Part shown: positions 21,554 to 32,907 of the stretch, piece by piece
Layout: the number at the start of each line of letters is the position of its first letter
Numbering within the stretch: the stretch's first letter is position 1
NCBI RefSeq assembly: GCF_001194135.2
Contig: NC_068986.1
Coordinates: 63,064,893 to 63,100,813 of the forward strand
From: Octopus bimaculoides
Taxonomy: Eukaryota
DNA: 35,921 nucleotides
Direction of reading: 5' to 3'
Translations under genes and position numbers: made by a program
Notes under the pieces: model-generated
Seen by the model: the letters and a program-made list of their open reading frames with translations, nothing else
Database searches by the model: none
Told to the model about the DNA's origin: nothing

Positions 21554-22056
21554 CTTCTTGCCTTTAACTCTCCAATGTGGAGTATAGGCCACTTTTAGTT
21601 GAATTCATGTCGCATAATTTCTCGCTTCTGTACTTATACTCTGTCATGAATGTCCTCCTTTCTCTAGTTCCTTTTGTGTTGATCTACGCCACGAGTTCTT
21701 AGGCCTACCCCTCTTTCTATATCCATCTGGATTCCACTGTAAAGCACTTTTCGCTGCATTTGGTGTGTCCTTTCTAATTGTGCTACCAATCCACTTCCAC
21801 TTTCTCTTAAATATTTGCTCTCTAATCAGAACTTGATTCGTTCTTTGCCATAGCTCCATACTGCTTATGTGTTCGGGCCATCTGATTTTAAGTATACTAA
21901 ACAAGCACCTGTTGATGAATGATTGCTTATTTGACTTAATTGTTGTTCTCCATGTCTCAGCCCCAAACAATAACACCGCTTTTACATTAGCATTAAAAAT
22001 TCTTATTTTGTTCTTTATTGAAATTACACTTGAACTCCATATTTTTTAATTTACCA
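21521..22056 (-). mobile_element. RTE LINE 3' end with (ATT)n tail
   Basis: It reads KIRIFNANVKAVLLFGAETWRTT..FINRCL..ILKIRWP..RKWKWIG..WNPDGYRKRGRPKNSWRR. The tail is (aat)n at 21521-21552 on the + strand. Confidence 0.9.
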
Positions 22057-22331
22057 ACCGAAGGTTTCCAGAGTCAAAGATGTTTTATGACACCGAATAG
22101 TCAAAGCCCTAGGGAAGCTAGTTGGCCGATACTGCTTTCGACAAAGGATTCCATGAGGTTTGGTGCATGGAATGTTCGAACAATGTTTACTGCTGGAAAG
22201 TGTGAAAATATTAGCAAAGAAATGGACAATTACAAATTGGAAATTTTGGGTTTGTGCGAAACTAGGTAGATTGATAATGGACAAACTAAGCTACCTTCAG
22301 TTAAAACAATTATATATTCAGGGCACAAAGA

Positions 22332-22333
<2 letters not shown>
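22057..22333 (+). mobile_element. RTE LINE 5' end (start of AP endonuclease domain)
   Basis: ATG at 22087 gives MTPNSQSPREASWPILLSTKDSMRFGAWNVRTM..EMDNYKLEILGLCETR*..IIYSGH, with APE motifs WNVRT and LGLxETRW. Confidence 0.85.
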
Positions 22334-22364
<31 letters not shown>

Positions 22365-23297
22365 NNNNNNNNNNNNNNNNNNNNNNNNNNNNNNNNNNNN
22401 NNNNNNNNNNNNNNNNNNNNNNNNNNNNNNNNNNNNNNNNNNNNNNNNNNNNNNNNNNNNNNNNNNNNNNNNNNNNNNNNNNNNNNNNNNNNNNNNNNNN
22501 NNNNNNNNNNNNNNNNNNNNNNNNNNNNNNNNNNNNNNNNNNNNNNNNNNNNNNNNNNNNNNNNNNNNNNNNNNNNNNNNNNNNNNNNNNNNNNNNNNNN
22601 NNNNNNNNNNNNNNNNNNNNNNNNNNNNNNNNNNNNNNNNNNNNNNNNNNNNNNNNNNNNNNNNNNNNNNNNNNNNNNNNNNNNNNNNNNNNNNNNNNNN
22701 NNNNNNNNNNNNNNNNNNNNNNNNNNNNNNNNNNNNNNNNNNNNNNNNNNNNNNNNNNNNNNNNNNNNNNNNNNNNNNNNNNNNNNNNNNNNNNNNNNNN
22801 NNNNNNNNNNNNNNNNNNNNNNNNNNNNNNNNNNNNNNNNNNNNNNNNNNNNNNNNNNNNNNNNNNNNNNNNNNNNNNNNNNNNNNNNNNNNNNNNNNNN
22901 NNNNNNNNNNNNNNNNNNNNNNNNNNNNNNNNNNNNNNNNNNNNNNNNNNNNNNNNNNNNNNNNNNNNNNNNNNNNNNNNNNNNNNNNNNNNNNNNNNNN
23001 NNNNNNNNNNNNNNNNNNNNNNNNNNNNNNNNNNNNNNNNNNNNNNNNNNNNNNNNNNNNNNNNNNNNNNNNNNNNNNNNNNNNNNNNNNNNNNNNNNNN
23101 NNNNNNNNNNNNNNNNNNNNNNNNNNNNNNNNNNNNNNNNNNNNNNNNNNNNNNNNNNNNNNNNNNNNNNNNNNNNNNNNNNNNNNNNNNNNNNNNNNNN
23201 NNNNNNNNNNNNNNNNNNNNNNNNNNNNNNNNNNNNNNNNNNNNNNNNNNNNNNNNNNNNNNNNNNNNNNNNNNNNNNNNNNNNNNNNNNNNNNNNN
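22365..23297. other. Assembly gap (N run) between microsatellites
   Basis: N characters. Confidence 1.
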
Positions 23298-23559
23298 TGT
23301 ATGTATGTATGTATGTATGTATGTATGTATGTGTGTGTGTATGTGTGTGTGTCTGTGTTTGTGTTCCCCACCATCATTTGACAACCAATGCTGGTGTGTT
23401 TATGTCCCTGTAACTTAGCAGTTTGGCCGAAGGAAGTGGTAGAATAAGTACTCGGCTTACAAAGAATAAGTCTTGGGTTTAATTTCTTTGACTAAAACCC
23501 TTTAAGGCAGTGCTCCAGTTAAATGTCTGAAATCTGAAATAAGTAAATGAATAAAAGAA
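23298..23559 (+). mobile_element. SINE family A, 3' half
   Basis: (gtat)n(gt)n is followed by gtgtttgtgttccccaccatcatttgacaacc..agaataagtactcggcttacaaagaataag..gaataaaagaat. Confidence 0.85.
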
Positions 23560-23625
23560 TGTGTGTGTGTGTGTGTGCGCGCATCAAATGCACATGCATT
23601 ACAAGACAGAAGAGTTAATTCACAA

Positions 23626-23690
23626 CACTATTTCCCTGAAGATTTTCTGAAGAAGGGGTCCTAATCCCAAAATACTGAAATACAAGTGTT
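23626..23690 (+). ncRNA. Degenerate minimal type-I hammerhead ribozyme motif (Penelope-associated)
   Basis: CTGAAGA occurs twice (23636, 23647). Stem II is gggg/tccc, GAAA is mutated to AAAA, and stem I is tatttc/gaaata. Confidence 0.4.
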
Positions 23691-23799
23691 AACAATAACA
23701 ATAATGTTGCCCATTATAATAATGTTATTGAATCTTCAAGTCATTCTATTAGTTTTAATGCTTCACCTAACTTATATAATAACAGTGATAATTACTGGG

Positions 23800-24210
23800 T
23801 TACTCCTAAAATGTGCAACTGGATACATGTCAGCTTAATAATAATTGTTTAGCTAGTAATATATAGTCTACAATTGTGACATAACTGATGCTAACACTTT
23901 TACATATATAGGTACAACATCTCAAGACTTCAAATCCAGAATGCTTTCATAATTCCAATATCACAATAAAGCTTGCATCACATCCCTTGCAGAAAAGATG
24001 TGGCAATTAAAGGATAGTAATACTCAGTTTGAAATTGTTTGGAGTATTATTAGGAAAATATCTCCATACTTAAATAACAGGTATGCTGTGCTGTGCTGAA
24101 CTATATCAAATATTAAAATATCCAGGTAACCTGCTTAATAAGACACATGAACTTAAAATTGAAATGTTTGCATTATGGTAAAAGGACATTTACTTACTTC
24201 AAACCTGTTA
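23800..24210 (+). pseudogene. Penelope-like element GIY-YIG endonuclease fragment (Nematis-like pattern)
   Basis: It reads CN..DTCQLNNNCLASNI.YNC..TYIGTTSQDFKSR..LAEKMWQLKDSNTQFEIVWSII..LLNKTHELK..CLH. This fits the CNC..CPLxGxCL..YIG..FKxR..IWxLK..WSI..LLNKRxEL pattern. Confidence 0.65.
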
Positions 24211-24399
24211 TGTTATGTCTACTGATACCAAACTCGCTATCTCTCTCAGAAATGAATTCAGTTAGTTCTGTAATTCTCTAACCCATGTTGTACCTGTTAC
24301 TTTTAGTGCTATACTGTTATATGTGCTATTGATATGATTGCATTACTTAATGTTGTGTTATGATGTATGACCTCATCTGGACACAACCTCCCTCTCTCA

Positions 24400-25293
24400 A
24401 TTATATTCATATTGTAATTATATAGATATGTACTTTTACTTATGGGGATATTTATTTTGTTTTCTTACATTTCCTAACTGAATACTTGATTTTCATATTC
24501 CAATTTAATTTATCCACTATATGTTATTATAGTTTAATATTTTTAGACATTTATATTTTGCTTTTAGTTTGATTTTTATTGTTTTATATTTATATTCCTT
24601 TTATGCTCTTTTATATTGTAAATTCTTATATCTTTGCACATTATTATTATTTACATTTATAGGGTATCTTTCATTCCTTGAATATTTTTCAAATTATATT
24701 GTTTGCATAATATCCCAATAAGTATATGAATGTTATGTGTGTGTGTGTATGTGTGCGTGCGTGTGTATATATATTTATAGATATATATATATGTGTGTGT
24801 ATACGTATTCACTAGTGTAGGTGCGGATGAATGTATGTATACAGGTTTGTGTGTGTGTGTGTAGGCATTTATATGTGAGAGGTGTATCTTGTACATGGAC
24901 ATATATCTATAGGTTTTTTTGGCATACATTATATTATATTTATTGTAGGTTAGTATTTATTCATGTATGTGAGTGTTTATGTGTATGTGTATATGTATGG
25001 GTATATTTCTTTTGTGAGTTTACGCAAGTGTATACTTAGGTATGTTTATGTGTACAAGTAGACGTACTGATGTAGATATGTGTATGCATGTATGTATGTG
25101 CGTGTGGGGGTGGGTGGCTGGGTATATACTTATATGTTTGTATATTTGAAGAGTGTACGTGTATTGATATGTGTGTTATATGCACAAACATACACATATT
25201 CTTGTACAGTTCACCTGTACAAGAATATGTGTATGTTTGTGCATATAACACACACACACACACACATACACACACGCACATACACACACACAC

Positions 25294-25330
<37 letters not shown>
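24400..25330. repeat. AT-rich low-complexity tract and degenerate (GT)n/(CA)n/(TA)n microsatellites
   Basis: Directly visible. It accounts for the VCVC/HTHT ORFs in the track. Confidence 0.85.
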
Positions 25331-25332
<2 letters not shown>

Positions 25333-26017
25333 GTCATGTGACTACAAATGTTATGTATGTATGTGCTATCATAAATGTTCTTGTTTGGTGGTCAGTAGGT
25401 CAGTTGTTAATAATTTTCACTGCACAAGCTGGCAACCATTAGCCTAGCCTCACTTCACCTCACCTCCCTATTTTTTTCTCTCTGTCTTCCTCTTGTCCTT
25501 TATTTATGGCCATCTAAGAAATAATTTCATGTAGCATTGTCTGTGGATTGTTTCATGACCCATAGACATTTGAAATCTGGCAAAACATTGGTATTGTTTT
25601 CACTCTCTTATTTGTTGCCAAAATGAGAGAATCAATTCACATTCCACATCTTGGTATTTTTTTCTCTGAACCAAATTTTAAATTTTATTTCACCTGAAGA
25701 AAACGTTTGTTACATGATGTAATTGAATTATTCATCAATAAAAAGCATGTTTGAAACTGCTGTAGTGAACCTTAAGCCATCTGTATTTTTTCTTCACACA
25801 TACACACACACACACACACACGCACACACACAATTTGAAATGGAAAATGTAAAAGCAAAATATTTGGTACCACTCGAAAAACATGTAATTTAAATAGAGA
25901 ATATAGATATAGTGCAGAATAGTTAAGATTTTTTAAAAAACGAAGTCTTTTACAGCTGTTTCTAGAATAGCTGTATACTAGAATACATGTATACTCTTTT
26001 ACTCTTTTATTTATTTC

Positions 26018-26829
26018 NNNNNNNNNNNNNNNNNNNNNNNNNNNNNNNNNNNNNNNNNNNNNNNNNNNNNNNNNNNNNNNNNNNNNNNNNNNNNNNNNNN
26101 NNNNNNNNNNNNNNNNNNNNNNNNNNNNNNNNNNNNNNNNNNNNNNNNNNNNNNNNNNNNNNNNNNNNNNNNNNNNNNNNNNNNNNNNNNNNNNNNNNNN
26201 NNNNNNNNNNNNNNNNNNNNNNNNNNNNNNNNNNNNNNNNNNNNNNNNNNNNNNNNNNNNNNNNNNNNNNNNNNNNNNNNNNNNNNNNNNNNNNNNNNNN
26301 NNNNNNNNNNNNNNNNNNNNNNNNNNNNNNNNNNNNNNNNNNNNNNNNNNNNNNNNNNNNNNNNNNNNNNNNNNNNNNNNNNNNNNNNNNNNNNNNNNNN
26401 NNNNNNNNNNNNNNNNNNNNNNNNNNNNNNNNNNNNNNNNNNNNNNNNNNNNNNNNNNNNNNNNNNNNNNNNNNNNNNNNNNNNNNNNNNNNNNNNNNNN
26501 NNNNNNNNNNNNNNNNNNNNNNNNNNNNNNNNNNNNNNNNNNNNNNNNNNNNNNNNNNNNNNNNNNNNNNNNNNNNNNNNNNNNNNNNNNNNNNNNNNNN
26601 NNNNNNNNNNNNNNNNNNNNNNNNNNNNNNNNNNNNNNNNNNNNNNNNNNNNNNNNNNNNNNNNNNNNNNNNNNNNNNNNNNNNNNNNNNNNNNNNNNNN
26701 NNNNNNNNNNNNNNNNNNNNNNNNNNNNNNNNNNNNNNNNNNNNNNNNNNNNNNNNNNNNNNNNNNNNNNNNNNNNNNNNNNNNNNNNNNNNNNNNNNNN
26801 NNNNNNNNNNNNNNNNNNNNNNNNNNNNN
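26018..26829. other. Assembly gap (N run)
   Basis: N characters. The left edge tactcttttactctttta looks like a family-A SINE tail. Confidence 1.
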
Positions 26830-27623
26830 TAATAATTTAAGATTTTACCTTATAAACTACTGAAAGATAATATTTCAATTTTTCCATGTAAGTGATGATA
26901 ATATTTAAATTTTTTTCGTGTTTAATTTAAATATATGTTGTGATTGTATTATTTGATATTACCCGTTCACACCAAATTAATGGCAGGGACTTTTACCATG
27001 TTGTTGGTTGCATCATGGCTCACCAAAAGTTACAAACAACAAGACCCCGAAACCGTCAGTTACCAGACTCACCTTAAGTAACCTAATTTTGCAATATTAG
27101 GAGGTCACAGGTTCCAATGATTCCAGGATTGGGGGGGGGGCCCACCTCATTTTTAACAAACCAAAATAAGTGATTTGCAGCATATTGGGAGGTCAAGATA
27201 CTTGATTCCACGCAAAAATCAAATTTTCTTTTTCTTAGTGAAAATCGTGCGGGTGTTAATATAGAAATTAACCATAATGGTGTTATTTAGCCTCAAATAA
27301 ACCATGATACTGCAAACATATCATCAAAGACATTCCAACCTTCAGCAAACTGTCTTTTTAGGGATAATCTTGGACATTACATACAATGGGTGTGTGATTT
27401 AGGTAGGGGAATACTTTGGCTGCTATTTTTAGTGTGTCAAGCGACCAGGTAGAGGCTCTTTCATTGGTTTGATTGCGTGGTGAGATTTTTTACACATATA
27501 TGTGATATGTATATATATCATCGGCAGAAGTTAGAGAGTAAGTCAAAAGCTGAGAGTTTTGTGTATTGGCACTTATCAAACACGAATTTGTCCATTGTCA
27601 TTCTGTAAGTTCTAAAGGAATAA

Positions 27624-28061
27624 CTTCTAAAATACAAAATTTTGTCAAAAACATTAAGAGTAAACCTTGTTCTATGTGACACATTGTACTAGTATCAGAA
27701 GTTTGAAAGTGTTTAGTTAAAAGAAATTAATTAAATAATCTGTACATCTAATTGAATAGATCCGAAATGGATGAAAGGCAAAGTCGACATTGGCAGAATT
27801 TGAACTCAGAACGTAAAGACAGACGAAATACCGCTTCTAAGATACAAAATTTTGTCAAAAACGTTAAGAATAAACCCTGTTCTATGTGACATATTCTACC
27901 AGTATCGGAAGTTTGAAAGTGTTTAGTTAAAAAAAATGAATTAAACAATCTATACGTCAAAGTCAACCGCGGTGAAATTTGAACTAAAAAATGTAAAGAC
28001 TGATGAAATACCTTTAAACATTTCACCCAACATGCTAACGTTTCTGCCAGCAGGCCACCTT
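27624..28061. repeat. Diverged 210-bp-period tandem duplication of a chimeric unit (DNA-transposon subterminal piece plus SINE-B piece)
   Basis: 27624-27748 aligns with 27834-27958. Each is followed by a family-B SINE fragment (27749-27833 and 27959-28061). Confidence 0.8.
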
Positions 28062-28502
28062 AGAAAATAAACATTCATTTTAGAAATATATTCTTTATTC
28101 TTATTGCTGAAGTGTTACTCCCTTACTTACTGATATGAAATTTCGTAACATTTTACTTCATAACTTCTTTTCTACTATTTTTGTTCAATGCGACTGAATC
28201 AATGTGATTCTGAATTCCTCATGCATTTTTCTATCATTTAAGCCTGAGGAAGGTATACTTTTAATTTAAAATTTAAAAATTTATGTTAATTGAAGATGAA
28301 TATTTTGATGTAACTTTTTTTCTACCAAACCAAACCAAATCTCAAACTATTTATGCCAAAGTGTAGTTGAGGAGGTGTCCTCTTTAAAACTATCAACAGT
28401 TTGCAATTTAAATGAGAACTGAATTAGTGGTGAAGTTTGGAAGCTGCTGCAATTGACAAAATGGTGGATTTAAGAATATATTCAACCACTACCATGATCA
28501 AA

Positions 28503-28533
<31 letters not shown>

Positions 28534-29437
28534 NNNNNNNNNNNNNNNNNNNNNNNNNNNNNNNNNNNNNNNNNNNNNNNNNNNNNNNNNNNNNNNNNNN
28601 NNNNNNNNNNNNNNNNNNNNNNNNNNNNNNNNNNNNNNNNNNNNNNNNNNNNNNNNNNNNNNNNNNNNNNNNNNNNNNNNNNNNNNNNNNNNNNNNNNNN
28701 NNNNNNNNNNNNNNNNNNNNNNNNNNNNNNNNNNNNNNNNNNNNNNNNNNNNNNNNNNNNNNNNNNNNNNNNNNNNNNNNNNNNNNNNNNNNNNNNNNNN
28801 NNNNNNNNNNNNNNNNNNNNNNNNNNNNNNNNNNNNNNNNNNNNNNNNNNNNNNNNNNNNNNNNNNNNNNNNNNNNNNNNNNNNNNNNNNNNNNNNNNNN
28901 NNNNNNNNNNNNNNNNNNNNNNNNNNNNNNNNNNNNNNNNNNNNNNNNNNNNNNNNNNNNNNNNNNNNNNNNNNNNNNNNNNNNNNNNNNNNNNNNNNNN
29001 NNNNNNNNNNNNNNNNNNNNNNNNNNNNNNNNNNNNNNNNNNNNNNNNNNNNNNNNNNNNNNNNNNNNNNNNNNNNNNNNNNNNNNNNNNNNNNNNNNNN
29101 NNNNNNNNNNNNNNNNNNNNNNNNNNNNNNNNNNNNNNNNNNNNNNNNNNNNNNNNNNNNNNNNNNNNNNNNNNNNNNNNNNNNNNNNNNNNNNNNNNNN
29201 NNNNNNNNNNNNNNNNNNNNNNNNNNNNNNNNNNNNNNNNNNNNNNNNNNNNNNNNNNNNNNNNNNNNNNNNNNNNNNNNNNNNNNNNNNNNNNNNNNNN
29301 NNNNNNNNNNNNNNNNNNNNNNNNNNNNNNNNNNNNNNNNNNNNNNNNNNNNNNNNNNNNNNNNNNNNNNNNNNNNNNNNNNNNNNNNNNNNNNNNNNNN
29401 NNNNNNNNNNNNNNNNNNNNNNNNNNNNNNNNNNNNN
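28534..29437. other. Assembly gap (N run) after (TA)n
   Basis: N characters. Confidence 1.
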
Positions 29438-30173
29438 TTTTTGTCCATTCTTCAGCTAAAACAGTCTCCAGTTCTTGTAGTGATGATGGTGGAGGATATC
29501 AACTCTTTACTTGTTTTTCTAAAATGCACCATAAATGTTCAATAATACTGAAATCTGGGGACTGTAGTAGCCAGATAAGATGTTCAACTTCACTAGAATG
29601 TTCCTCATGCCATTCATTAACAACTTTAGCTGTGTGAATTAGTGCATTATCATCCTGAAAGATTGTGTTTTCCCCTGGAAACAGTTCCACAACCATAGGA
29701 TGAATTTGATCAGACAAAATGCTTAAATAGTCTTGACTATTAATTCTGCCATGAAGGGAGACCATTGAGCCAGTGGATATCCAAGATATATCATCACAGA
29801 TCCTCCTCCATGCATAACAGTTGGAAGAAGGCAGTCTGAGTCAAATGCTTCTTTTGGCTCTCTACACGTGTATACTCGGCCAGTGGTTGGAAATAAAGTA
29901 AAGGATGACTCATCCGAGAAAATAACATTCTGCCATATGAGCACCAACAACATGACCTCTTCAAGAGTCCAATAGATTTGTCATTTTAATGAATTTTAAT
30001 TACCTTTTTCTGATGATATCTGAAAAGAAACAGCAATTTTAGCAAAATATATTCAGCAACACTAATAATAAATCAAAAAATATAAAAATAAACAAGCTTT
30101 TGATGGTTTTATAGGTACTTCAAAATTATGATGCTACGATGCTTGGTGTTTCCATTATTTCGTCCAACCCCTG
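29438..30173 (-). mobile_element. Second Tc1 (DD37E) copy with internal deletion; one end lies in the gap
   Basis: It is colinear with 3645-4753. The TIR ggtgtttccattatttcgtccaacccctg is followed by TA at 30174. The equivalent of 4140-4522 is missing. Confidence 0.92.
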
Positions 30174-30439
30174 TATATGCACACATATGCATACACAAAT
30201 ACATACACACACACACACACATATACCCATATATACATACACATACACATTCACATGTAAACATACATATATATATATATCTACACACGCATATATTTTT
30301 TCTTGTTCACACAAACCCATATATTAGCACATGTATTCACACCTGTATATTTATATATACCTACATACACATGCATACGTATACACAGACACACACACAC
30401 ACACACATGTATACATATCTACACTATTCAAGCATTTAA

Positions 30440-32140
30440 GTTCACATGTACATGGGGGGAGGGGGATTAGTGAAATGGTAGTGTACCTCCAAAGCTTGTT
30501 CTTCTCTTCAACGATTGAATGATTGAAAGAGTGGGTGTCATCCACTTCTCTTTGGATATATGCATCTTTTTTTAAAAACCCCAAGAGAGAATTGCTGGGT
30601 GGAATATTATTTTTTTGTGTTCAATAGTGGTGTGTACTTTCTAATGAAGAATTCTTCTTTATATTTCCGGAAATGTTTGTTATCTAACCACAACTTAAAG
30701 AAAGGAAAGATAGTGAATTTTCCCTTTCTGCATGATGTGAAATGTTCACAGCAAATGTTGTTTCTGACAGCAGGGTCTTTAATTTGTTGTTTATGTACAC
30801 AAACTCTGTCATGTAGTCCCATTTCAGTTTCACCAATGTAGTATCCTTTACATTGAGGGCAGGTTGCACAGTAAATTAAGTTTTTTGTTTTGCAATTCAT
30901 GTTTGCATTAACTTCGGAAATCTCATTGTTTCTAAAGGAGATTTGTCCACCCTCTTTAATATATTCACAAGTTCCGAATCAAGGGTCCCGCATTTCATAA
31001 CTTGCATTGTTTCAGTGTTAGTCATAAATTTCACCTTGGTAAGCAGTTTTTTGAGATTGGGTGCTTGGCATCTGCTATATATTATTTGTGAGTCTTTTAT
31101 GAGTGCATTCACTTTAGAGGTTTGCTGAAGAATTGGGAGATATTGCTTGGCCGTTTTCATAATGTTAGAGTTCCGTGGGTTGTGAGTAATGACAAAGGGG
31201 ATAACTTTTTTTTCCTTTTTATTTCATTGGTTTGTTTTTCTCAGTGTTGTTACTGGAATGTTCTTGGCCTTGGAGATAGCTGTATTGATGAGGTTCACCA
31301 GATATTCTTCTGTTTTAAAGAACCATTTTAGTTCATATAATCTTTTTTCCAGTAGTGTAGGGTGTGTTACTATGGTGTAGATGTGTCTTTCCTTTTGGTA
31401 TGTGAGGGGTGTGCTGATTGGAAATTTAAGTATTGGTGTGTTTCTGTTGGTTTGTAAAATAAATCTGTTTTGATATTTTCCCCTTCTTTAATGATAAGAA
31501 TATCCAGAGATGGTAGTTCCTTTCTATTGCATTCCATGATAAATTGTATTGCTTCGTAAAGCCTGTTTATGACGGAATGGAATCTTTGCAGGTCTTCTTG
31601 GTTTCTATCCCAGAAGATGAGACAATCATCTAGGTAATGTCTCCAGTTCTTATTAATGTAGGTGGTGAAGTCATGACTGAATGTTTCCTGCAGCTGGGAA
31701 CATAGTTTTGCCTCTAGGTAACCCTTAACGAATGTTGCATATGTTGGAGCTACTTTGATACCCATGGCCGTTCCTTTTATTTGTAAATACAGTTCGTTAT
31801 CAAAGAGGAAGTGGTTGTTCTCCAATATTAATTTGAGCCCTTTCAAAATAAACTCTTTCAGAAATTTTTCTGAAATGAAATCTGCGTGTTTTGCAATCCA
31901 GAAGTCAATAGCATCAGTTCCTAAGTCATCTGAGATGTTAGTAGATAAGCTTGTTACATCAACGTTGACTAAGGTTGTGTCTTGGTGTACCTTCTGGGAG
32001 ATATAACTCAGGAATTCCATATCATCTCTGATGTAGGTTGGTACTATTTTACATAGGGGTTTCAGAATGATGTTTAATAAGTTGCTTTGACGTTGTGTGC
32101 TTGAGGCTGGACCAGCAACAATTGAGCATAATTTTAAATC
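30440..32140 (-). pseudogene. 5'-truncated Penelope-like retroelement (RT plus GIY-YIG; Naiad-like)
   Basis: The RT reads LKLCSIVAGP..DVTSLSTNI..GTAMGIKVAPTYA..YLDDCLIFW..LFYKPTETHQYL..HPSH. A Cys linker follows (KCG.P*FGTCEYI). The endonuclease reads NLIYCATCPQCKGYYIGET..HKQQI..FPFFK..PLLN* (stop at 30607). Confidence 0.9.
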
Positions 32141-32282
32141 TGCCTTATGTTAGCCTTTACAAGCAATCCTCACATGAAGATTTTTTGCTAAGAAACTCTG
32201 ATTATCAAAGGTGGGGAATTCTGGTTTGGAATTAATGCATGTGCACACACATACACACAAGCTTACATTAGTCCCTGCATGC

Positions 32283-32320
<38 letters not shown>

Positions 32321-32589
32321 TGGGATAAAAAAAACAAAGTTGTGTTTGTTGCTACTGCTAATTGGAAACAGTCGTTGGCTGTTGTGCGTTGGTAGGACCT
32401 TGTTACATGTGAGAATAACTCTGCTGCACAGTAGATGCTGGTTACATAGTTGATAAGCAAAACTTCACCAATTTGAACGATCTCTCCAGTCAAAAAGTGA
32501 TATCAACTAGGATATATCTTTAAATATAATTGTCTTAAATTTAGGCATAAGGCTACACACATTTAGGACAAAAGTGTTGTTGATTTCAT

Positions 32590-32700
32590 CGAACCTAAAA
32601 TACAACTGATAAATATTTTTCAGATCTCACTCACTTGAAAGGCAAAGTTGACCTCAGAAGGTTTTAAAACCAGAATGTAAAAGGTCATAATTAAATGTCT
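32590..32700 (-). mobile_element. Degenerate SINE family B fragment
   Basis: Contains ttgaaaggcaaagttgacctcagaagg..cagaatgtaaa. Confidence 0.5.
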
Positions 32701-32907
32701 TCTGCTAATTAGTTACATTACTGTATCTCCACTCTACCTACCCTACATCTTTAGATATAGTAATTAGATGAAAATATACAGTAACTTCCAAAAGAAATGT
32801 GAATGTATGATGTGTTAAATTACTCATGGACTGTGAGTAAAACAAAAATTAAGACTATTTCTATTAGGGGGTTTGATTTTTATACAATGTCTCAGACATA
32901 AATAATT

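Noticed and set aside
22160-23413. Long ORFs in the track (also 10563-11291, 25987-26832, 28498-29545, 7027-7373)
   Set aside because: They consist mostly of N-gap codons and are artefacts.
28242-28251. 10-bp microexon cctgaggaag between ttaag and gtatac
   Set aside because: Such signals occur readily by chance in AT-rich DNA and there is no supporting context.
30979-31226. In-frame TGA codons in the Naiad-like element (30979-30981, 31224-31226) as selenocysteine
   Set aside because: The first aligns to the Arg of P-R-C-G-T-C (CGA to TGA decay) and the second lies in a variable linker. An ATGA..AA..GA stretch in the 3' region lacks a full SECIS helix.
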